Below are positions 1 through 6,309 of a DNA stretch of 15,668 nt, piece by piece. The first letter of the stretch is position 1. Every line of letters begins with the position of its first letter. Source of the DNA: Deferrisomatales bacterium (lineage in GTDB: Bacteria; Desulfobacterota; Deferrisomatia; Deferrisomatales; JACRMM01); NCBI GenBank assembly GCA_033551855.1, contig JAWSUI010000076.1, forward strand, positions 1-15,668, written 5' to 3'. Below the pieces are notes generated by a model. The model had not been told where the DNA came from. It searched no databases and worked only from the letters and a program-made list of their open reading frames with translations. The position numbers were made by a program, and so were the translations under genes.

Positions 1-2
1 TG

Positions 3-116
3 CCTCACCGCAACCTTCACACGGCCATTTGGTGGCCTACCCGGGAATTGCTGGTTGATCTTCAAAGGTCATCTGCAGCGGCCTATCTCCTCCGGCAAGC
101 AGTGGAGGAGCTGTAG
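3..116 (+). CDS. 3' end of an unknown protein (partial, runs off the left edge)
   Basis: Frame is open from the window edge to TAG at 114-116: PHRNLHTAIWWPTRELLVDLQRSSAAAYLLRQAVEEL*. Protein-like composition, with many A/T-ending codons unlike the rest of the window. No family recognised. Confidence 0.4.
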   Translation, partial: PHRNLHTAIWWPTRELLVDLQRSSAAAYLLRQAVEEL

Positions 117-724
117 AAAGAAGGTGCCTCAGTGGCTTTCGCAATCTCCCGAACGTGCGAGCTGTCAGCTGCCTTCCAAGACGAGCGATAGTTCGAAGCA
201 TTTCCGCAACTCCTTATTGTGCAAGGAAATTGCGAAAAATCGCGCTCACCCATTTACTGCTATGTCAACAACAAAATGCATAACGGCTGAAAATAATAGG
301 GCCGTATCCTGGTTACATGCAACTACCTAACCGGACAACACTGGAAAACTTTGTCCATCATTAGAAGGATTCAAAATTTCCCCAGCGGTGTGAGAGAGGC
401 TTCGAGGCAACTCTGGGGGCACCTATACCCAAGACCGCCTTTCCCGGTCAATCAGAATCAGACGGGGATGTTGACCGGACGGTGATGGGGCGGAGGGGCC
501 AAGAGCAAGATGGCCGAAGAGTGGCAGGGGTCTCGTCCCCCTCCAGAGTGCATGGCATGGGCAAGAGGCGCTGCCGGCACTGGGCGGGAGCCGTCGTTGA
601 ATGGGCTCCGGTGGTCCGTGACCCCCAGACCGTTTCGGAACGCCAGCAAACGAGGTTTCTGAGACGAATGAGTGGAGAAAGTTTGGCCGACTCCGGGTTG
701 CTACGGCTGAACCCCGGCGGGCTC

Positions 725-791
725 GCTGGGATGCCCGATGCTGGGCTGCCTGAGGCTGGGATGCCTGAGGCTGGAGGCTGGGACGCGAGAG
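725..791. repeat. Degenerate 15-bp tandem repeat (GCTGGGATGCCTGAG)
   Basis: Units at 725-739 (gctgggatgcccgat), 740-754 (gctgggctgcctgag), 755-769 (gctgggatgcctgag), a partial unit at 770-776, and 777-791 (gctgggacgcgagag). Confidence 0.8.
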
Positions 792-819
792 GCCGGGCGG
801 CGGTGCCGGCCCGGCCTCT
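788..819 (-). terminator. GC-rich hairpin downstream of the nitrite reductase gene, possible terminator
   Basis: AGAGGCCGGGC (788-798) is the exact reverse complement of GCCCGGCCTCT (809-819). It lies about 40 bp past the stop codon and has no good U-tract. Confidence 0.5.
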
Positions 820-860
820 TGGTGCACGAGTGGGGAATCTGTGACGCTTTTTCGCCCTGC

Positions 861-2492
861 CTACTTCTTCGCCAGCCCCGCCAGGGCCTCGTCGAGAATC
901 TTCAAGCCCTTCAGGCTCTCGTCCACGGAGCGGGTCAGGGACTCCCGCGCCAGGTCCGGGTTGTGGAAGCCGTCGGAGTTCTCGGCGGTCCAGTACTCCC
1001 AGAGGATGTGGGCCCTCATGTGCTGGTCCTGGGCCTGCGTGACGGCGTTCTCCGCGACCCCCTTCTTCTTGGCCTCGACGATCCGGTCGATGAGTTGGTC
1101 GAGCCAGAACTCGGCCTTGCGCATCTTGCCCTTGAAGTAGGCCTTCACCGAATCGATGACGTAGTGGGCCTGCTCCTCGTCCCAGTCGCCGTGGCACCGC
1201 AGGCAGGTGTCGCCGAGCATCACCTTCGGCGTGGTGGCGAAGTGGGAGGTGTGCTCCTTCCCCGTCTTGAGGCTCCTCACCTTGGGCGAGTGGCAGTCGT
1301 CGCACTGGACGCCCGCCCGTGCGTGCTTGGAGTTGTAGTACGTTTCCGCCTCGGGGTGCTGCCCCTTCCACAGGAACCCCCCGGTGAAGGAGTTCTTGAA
1401 GTCGAGGAAGGCGATCTGATTCACATAGTGCTCATAGAGCCCGAGCACGTCCTTGTACGGGAAGTGGTTGGTGCGGCGATCGGCCATGGTGACCCGCTCG
1501 CCGGTCTTGGCGTCGGTGCCCGGGTTGCAGTTGTACTCCACGTGGCACTGCCCGCACTGGAGCCGGGAGTCGTACTTCTCGAGGAGCGCGATCTTGCGGG
1601 TGTAGCCCCGCACCCCCATGTCGATCACCTGGATCTTCGTGCGGTCGGGGTCGTTGTGCCACAGGGTGTCCGCCTCCGGCCGCGTGAGGGCGTCGATGAG
1701 GCCGTCGCGCACCACCCGGGGCTTCGCCGCGTGGGGGTCGTGGCAGATGAAGCAGTTGAGGCCGTGCTGGATGGTGCGCGCGACCTCCACCGGGTTCGAG
1801 GCCCGGGACCACTTCGCCCCGACGTCCGGGTCGCCCATGTAGGCCCAGTCGAGGATCTGGTCCTGGCTCTTGCACTGGAAGCACACGGGGTTGGCGGCCG
1901 CGGCGGTCTGTGGGAGGAACGCCTTGTGCTCGGTGGTGTCGGGGAAGCGGTCCTCCAGGTAGTCCCAGGTCTTCTTCCCGGCCGGCTGGGCCACGTACTG
2001 CCAGCCCTCCTTGGGCTGGAACCGCCCCCCGAAGGCCCGGTCGACCACGAACTGGTCCACCACCATCCAGGGGTGGCTGCGGGTCAGGGCGTGCTCCTTG
2101 GTGAAGCCGTGGCCCGCCATGAGCTTGTCCCAGAAGGGGTTGGGAGACCGGTTGGTGAGCTGGCTCTTCTCGTCGCGGGCGGGCCGGTGGTACGAGGTCT
2201 CGAGGAAGCTCTCGAGCTGCTCTTCGTGACACGCCCCGCAGGCGTACCAGGAGAGGTCGGTGACGGGCCGGGTCGCGGCCCCGGGGTCCTTCAGGTGGGC
2301 CTGGAGGCCCGCGTGGCAGGCGGTACAGTTGACCCCGTCGTGCTTCGAGCCCTTGTGGAGCGACTCGATCACATCGTGGCACTCGTAGCACGCCCCCACC
2401 GCCACGGCGGGCTCAGAGGCGCCGGCCGCCAAGGGGGCGCCGGCAAGGCCAACCACTCCCAGGATCGTCCAGAATCGTCGCAACGTTCCCAT
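861..2492 (-). CDS. Octaheme cytochrome c nitrite reductase (ONR, TvNiR-type; ammonia-forming cytochrome c552 family), 543 aa with signal peptide
   Basis: Heme motifs CYECH, CTACH, CGACH, CFQCK (Lys-ligated active-site heme), CFICH, CGQCH, CDDCH, CLRCH. Also CHVEYNC, KGQHPE and ENSDGFHNP. Start moved to ATG 2492, which follows a GGAGGAGG RBS and begins a Sec-type signal MGTLRRFWTILGVVGLAGAPLAAGA. Confidence 0.92.
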   Translation of the reverse strand: MGTLRRFWTILGVVGLAGAPLAAGASEPAVAVGACYECHDVIESLHKGSKHDGVNCTACHAGLQAHLKDPGAATRPVTDLSWYACGACHEEQLESFLETSYHRPARDEKSQLTNRSPNPFWDKLMAGHGFTKEHALTRSHPWMVVDQFVVDRAFGGRFQPKEGWQYVAQPAGKKTWDYLEDRFPDTTEHKAFLPQTAAAANPVCFQCKSQDQILDWAYMGDPDVGAKWSRASNPVEVARTIQHGLNCFICHDPHAAKPRVVRDGLIDALTRPEADTLWHNDPDRTKIQVIDMGVRGYTRKIALLEKYDSRLQCGQCHVEYNCNPGTDAKTGERVTMADRRTNHFPYKDVLGLYEHYVNQIAFLDFKNSFTGGFLWKGQHPEAETYYNSKHARAGVQCDDCHSPKVRSLKTGKEHTSHFATTPKVMLGDTCLRCHGDWDEEQAHYVIDSVKAYFKGKMRKAEFWLDQLIDRIVEAKKKGVAENAVTQAQDQHMRAHILWEYWTAENSDGFHNPDLARESLTRSVDESLKGLKILDEALAGLAKK

Positions 2493-2632
2493 GGTCCTCC
2501 TCCTTCCTCCTCTCACAGTGCTCCTCGCCATCCCCCCCGGGTCATCCGACGCGGGCGGTCCCAGCCGTACCTCCTTTCGCGCCGCCCGTGCTTGCTCTCA
2601 CGTTCACGATCCTTTCCGGTTCTTCCGGTAAG

Positions 2633-2787
2633 CGACCGGGTGGGCCCACCCCCTCCGGCGGACGACGCCGGGCTGCACGGTAGGTGCGCTCCCGCGCCGC
2701 ATCCGGAACCCTCGCGGCATCGCGGCTCCCGAAGGGGCTGCTTCCGTCGAGCGGCCGTCCGCCTGCGTGGCCGGGCCCACCCGGTCG
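2633..2787. repeat. 155-bp element with perfect 15-bp terminal inverted repeats (MITE/REPIN-like or structured RNA)
   Basis: CGACCGGGTGGGCCC (2633-2647) pairs with GGGCCCACCCGGTCG (2773-2787). Inner stem GGCGGACG (2657-2664) pairs with CGTCCGCC (2756-2763). Confidence 0.7.
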
Positions 2788-2851
2788 TCCCTGGACACGA
2801 GTACCCGGTCATTTCCCGGATGCACCTCTTTTCCAGGGCCAGACACCCCCA

Positions 2852-2895
2852 CCCTCACCCCGGCAGCCCCCTTCCGGGTGGAGAGGGGGGGTCGG
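2852..2895. repeat. BoxC-like palindromic repeat overlapping the 3' end of the MetE-core gene
   Basis: CCCTCACCCCGG...GGAGAGGGGGGGTCGG aligns by eye with 10644-10685 (CCCTCACCCTGG...AGAGTGGGGTCGG). Confidence 0.5.
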
Positions 2896-3937
2896 AAGGG
2901 GTCTCGTCTCCCCACAGGCCGTACCGGTCGCGCACCCGGCGCGAGAGCTCCCGCAGGAGCTCGTAGCAGGCCTCCACGGTGGCGGTCTTGTCGGGGTTCA
3001 CCAGGGCGCAGGTCGCCGGGAGGAGGAGGCTGCGGGGCAGGAGCTCCTCCCGCCGCAGGCCGCCCTGCTCGAGGGTGTCCCACAACCCCTCCAGGTGGTC
3101 CAGCAAGCCTTGGAGGTCCGAGGCCCGAAACTCGTCGTAGTTGGCCGGGACGATCCCCCACCCCACCACCCCGCCGCCGTCCAGGAACCGGCGCAGGCTC
3201 GGGATGTAGTTGACGAAGCGGTCCCCCCGGCCGAAGGCGTTGAAGGAGAGCACGTCCATGGGGGTGCGCAGGAGGAAGTCCCAGTCGGGGTTTCCGCACA
3301 GGTGCACGCCCCGCTTGCCTTCGACCAGGGAGAAGAAGTGGTCCAGATCCTCCCGGGCGCGCTCGTCGCTGTACCCGGAGAGGGACGAGAAGATGAACTC
3401 CAGGCCGGGCTCGTCCACGAACATGAAGGCGTTGGGGTTCTTGGCGGCGAGCTCCTGGCCCATCACCGTGACCTTACGGGCCATGAAGTCCAGCAGGAAC
3501 GGGCGCACCTCGTCGCTGTAGATCAGGGGGCAGTCGTTCTCGTCCTTGACGCTGAAGCCGAAGGAGATCGGCCCCTCCACCTGCCCCCGGACGGCGACGT
3601 ACCCGGAGAGGTCGAGCTCCAGGAACCGGTGGTAGACGACCGAGTAGCGCGCGGAGAGGCGGTAGAGCTCGGGGTCCTCCAGGCGGGCGACGAACTCCTC
3701 CAGCTCCGCGTAGAAGCGCTCGGTGGAAAAGTCGATGCGCTGGTTCTCCTCGTCGATCCGGACCCCGGGGAAGTTCTCCGAGACCTGGACGTACATGTCC
3801 TCGTAGTAGGACAGGCGCGGCAGCTGGGGCCAAAAGGGGATGTCGAGGGACAGGGCCAGCTCCAGCGCTCGGTCGGCGTCGGTGTGGGGCAGGATGCCCA
3901 TGGCCGTGGTGCGGCAGTTTCCCGGGATGGGGAGCAT
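2855..3937 (-). CDS. Single-barrel MetE-like methionine synthase (core-MetE, MesB/MesC-like; UROD/MetE superfamily), 360 aa
   Basis: Motifs DIPFWPQLP, GQVEGPISF, FVDEPGL, Zn-ligand HLC (GVHLCGNPDW), WGIVP, and a C-terminal Cys in PATCAL. About half the length of full MetE, lacking the N-terminal barrel. Confidence 0.8.
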   Translation of the reverse strand: MLPIPGNCRTTAMGILPHTDADRALELALSLDIPFWPQLPRLSYYEDMYVQVSENFPGVRIDEENQRIDFSTERFYAELEEFVARLEDPELYRLSARYSVVYHRFLELDLSGYVAVRGQVEGPISFGFSVKDENDCPLIYSDEVRPFLLDFMARKVTVMGQELAAKNPNAFMFVDEPGLEFIFSSLSGYSDERAREDLDHFFSLVEGKRGVHLCGNPDWDFLLRTPMDVLSFNAFGRGDRFVNYIPSLRRFLDGGGVVGWGIVPANYDEFRASDLQGLLDHLEGLWDTLEQGGLRREELLPRSLLLPATCALVNPDKTATVEACYELLRELSRRVRDRYGLWGDETPSDPPSPPGRGLPG

Positions 3938-4027
3938 GGAACCTCGCGCAAGCCGTGGGGTCGAGCGTCGGTCGCCGCGGAGTATACCCCCACAGGGAGA
4001 CTCCGCTACCGGCCGGCGTCAAGCCCC

Positions 4028-4056
4028 TTGGAGAGGGGTGCGGTTGGAGCTAGGAT
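4028..4056 (+). promoter_or_regulatory. Putative sigma70 promoter of the proteasome-like gene
   Basis: TTGGAG (4028-4033), 17-bp spacer, TAGGAT (4051-4056), ending 37 bp before ATG 4094. Confidence 0.45.
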
Positions 4057-4093
4057 GGCTAGAAGAGCCTCGGCGGTGCGGAGAGGATCGGGG

Positions 4094-4726
4094 ATGTCAC
4101 AGCTCGTGGCCTGCTGCTTCCCGGGGGGCGTGCTCCTGGCGGCCGACCGCCGGGTGGCGGTGGAGCTCCGGGGGGAACCGCAGGTCCACTCCGTGCGCAA
4201 GCTCTTTCTCCTGGGCTCCACCGCCGCAGTGGCCACGAGCGGCGCCGCGGTGGGGATCGCCGTGAGCCGAAACCTCCACCGCTTCTTCCGGGGACGGGCC
4301 TCTCCCCACTTGGAGGACCTGGACGCCTACGCCCTCTCGGTCTTCCAGAAGGAGTACCGGGAGTTCGTCCGCCAAGGGGAGAGCTGGTTCCGCATCAACC
4401 CGTACGCCCACCGCCTCTCCTATGTCCTCCTCGCGGGGTGCGAGGGCACGGGGGCACACACGTTCCGCTTCCACGCCTCCGAGGCCCACCACGAGCCCTA
4501 TCGGCTCCTGGCCACCGGCGCGGTCCTCACGGCCCCCCGGAGGCTCGGCCTGGAGGCCCGCCTCGGTCGGGCCCTGGCGGAGGGGACCGGGGGGGACGCC
4601 CTGGTCGCCCTCGTCCTGGAGGGGCTGCGGGTGATCGGGCGGAAGGAGGAGGCGGTGGGCCCGCCCTTCGACTGGTGCCTCATCCGAGGGGCGGGGGCGA
4701 CGGAGGGAACGGAAGAAGGGGGATGA
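4094..4726 (+). CDS. Proteasome beta/HslV-like Ntn-hydrolase-fold protein with N-terminal Ser, 210 aa
   Basis: MSQLVACCFPGGVLLAADRR...RKLF...ATSG...YVLLAG matches the proteasome beta pattern: nucleophile at 1, GVLLAAD17xR19, a Lys near 33-35, a Gly near 47-49, and an LLAG strand. GGAGAGGA RBS precedes ATG 4094. This is the real part of the 2684..4726 ORF. Confidence 0.78.
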   Translation: MSQLVACCFPGGVLLAADRRVAVELRGEPQVHSVRKLFLLGSTAAVATSGAAVGIAVSRNLHRFFRGRASPHLEDLDAYALSVFQKEYREFVRQGESWFRINPYAHRLSYVLLAGCEGTGAHTFRFHASEAHHEPYRLLATGAVLTAPRRLGLEARLGRALAEGTGGDALVALVLEGLRVIGRKEEAVGPPFDWCLIRGAGATEGTEEGG

Positions 4727-4775
4727 TCCGCGTTTCTGCCGGAAGCACGGCGTCCCACTTCGGCCGCTCCTGCCC

Positions 4776-6146
4776 CTACGGATTCAGGCTCACGTAGTAC
4801 CCGGCCCTCCCCCGCTGGACCAGGAGCACGACGGTCTCCCGCTGGCTCGCGGCGAGGAGGGCCTCCCGGTACTGCTCGGTGTCGTCGACCGTGACCCCGT
4901 TGACCTGGCGCACCACGTCCCCCGGCTCGATCCCTGCGCCGGCGGCGGCGCTCCCCCGCCTCACCTCGGCGACCACGAGGCCGCGCTGCGTGGCCAGCCC
5001 GTGCCGCCTGGCCAGGGCCGGGGAGTTCACCTCCACCCGCAGACCGAGCCACGACTCGCTGAGGGCTGTCGCGTAGTCGGCCGGGATCTCCCGGGCCTCC
5101 ACCTCCACGGTGCGCTCGCCGCCCCGACCGGCAACCCGGAGCCGCAGGCGGGTGCCCACCGTGTACCCCGCCAGGCGTTCGAAGAAGCCGTCGCGATCCC
5201 GGAGCGGCATACCGTCGAGCTCGAGGAGGACGTCGCCGCGGTCGAGCCCCGCGGCGTAGGCCGGACTGTCCTCGAAGACCCGCGTGACGAGGACACCGGG
5301 CCTCCCGACGACTCCGAAGTGGCGCGCCAGGTCTGCCGTCAGGTCCTGCACGTGCAGGCCGAGCCAGGCCCTCTGGACCCGACCGTGGGCGAGCAGGCTC
5401 TCGACGATCCGGCGGGCCTTGTCGATGGGGATGGCGAACCCGATCCCCTCGGCCCGCTGGTAGATGGCAGAGTTGATGCCCACGAGCTCCCCGAGGATGT
5501 TGAGCAGCGGGCCTCCCGAGTTGCCCGGGTTGATGGACGCGTCGGTCTGGATGAAGTCGGTGTAGGTGCGCTCGTTCGCCCCCCGAATCGTGCGGTTGAG
5601 GGCGCTCACGACCCCGGTCGTCACGGTATGGGACAACCCGAAGGGGTTTCCGATGGCGATCACGGTCTCGCCGATCATGAGGTCCGCCGAGGTCCCCATC
5701 GGAACGAAGGGGAGCGGCCCCTCGGCGTCTACCTTGAGGACGGCCAGGTCGGTGCGGCTGTCGGCTCCCACCAGGCGGGCCTCGTACTCCTCTCCCGAGG
5801 CCCGGGTCACCACGATGCGCGAGGCATTCTGGATGACGTGCTCGTTGGTGAGGATGGTGCCGTCTGCCTGGATGAGCACCCCGGAACCGAGTCCCCGCTG
5901 CCGCCGCTCCGGCCCGGGCACGTCGCCGAAGAAGTCGCGGAAGAACTCGTCGAAGAGCGGGCTGAATCCCCGGAACGGGGGCTGGGCCCGGGTCACGGTC
6001 TCGGTGGAGATGTTGACGACCGCGGGAGACGCCTTCTGGACCGCCAGGACGACGGGTGTCTCCCGGGGCCCCGCCGCGGCCGCCGGGGGCGGGGCTGCGC
6101 AGCACAGAAACACGGTCGCCAGGAACACCGGGACGAGCCATCTCAT
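4776..6146 (-). CDS. htrA: HtrA/DegP/DegQ-family serine endoprotease with two PDZ domains, 456 aa
   Basis: Motifs GLGSGV, TNEHV (His), TDLAVLK (Asp), AIGNPFGL, IQTDASINPGNSGGPL (Ser), and two PDZ-like repeats. Signal peptide begins at ATG 6146 after AAGAGGA. Confidence 0.93.
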   Translation of the reverse strand: MRWLVPVFLATVFLCCAAPPPAAAAGPRETPVVLAVQKASPAVVNISTETVTRAQPPFRGFSPLFDEFFRDFFGDVPGPERRQRGLGSGVLIQADGTILTNEHVIQNASRIVVTRASGEEYEARLVGADSRTDLAVLKVDAEGPLPFVPMGTSADLMIGETVIAIGNPFGLSHTVTTGVVSALNRTIRGANERTYTDFIQTDASINPGNSGGPLLNILGELVGINSAIYQRAEGIGFAIPIDKARRIVESLLAHGRVQRAWLGLHVQDLTADLARHFGVVGRPGVLVTRVFEDSPAYAAGLDRGDVLLELDGMPLRDRDGFFERLAGYTVGTRLRLRVAGRGGERTVEVEAREIPADYATALSESWLGLRVEVNSPALARRHGLATQRGLVVAEVRRGSAAAGAGIEPGDVVRQVNGVTVDDTEQYREALLAASQRETVVLLVQRGRAGYYVSLNP

Positions 6147-6309
6147 GGATCGATCCTCTTGCGGGGGTGCCGGGGGACCCCGGAACCATAGCACCCGGCT
6201 TCCCGGGCCTTCAACGGCGTTGCACCGTCACGGCCCTTCCTCTAGAGTTCCGGCACGGACCGGTGCCGAGGGTCACCAGGCAGCGCCGGCGTTCGATGGG
6301 GAGCATGAC

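Noticed and set aside
55..330. 91-aa ORF with TTG start
   Set aside because: No RBS or recognisable motif. It overlaps the more plausible 3-116 frame and the palindromic non-coding motifs.
278..602. Integron attC site (ACCTAAC at 325, GCATAAC at 278)
   Set aside because: No matching GTTRRRY at a plausible distance with complementary arms.
640..720. Cyclic-di-GMP-I (GEMM) riboswitch
   Set aside because: Only GCAAAC matches. The GNRA-capped P2 stem and the GCAAAGC junction are absent.
725..791. CRISPR array
   Set aside because: The 15-bp units are contiguous with no spacers, and there are no cas genes.
2720..2770. SRP RNA suggested by minus-strand GGAAGCAGC
   Set aside because: The upstream CAGG-stem-GNRA part of the SRP helix 8 motif is missing.
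738..2966. Long antisense or alternate-frame ORFs (e.g. 738..2966, 7845..9770, 9657..11126, 11271..12830, 4498..6189)
   Set aside because: Shadow ORFs typical of high-GC DNA. They overlap well-supported genes and carry no recognisable motifs.
2684..4093. Apparent 680-aa fusion ORF 2684..4726, and similar extensions of nadE (5566), hsp20 (6327), thiC (12409) and amgK (15137)
   Set aside because: The N-terminal extensions overlap other genes. Internal starts with RBS or translational coupling and family-typical N-termini explain them.
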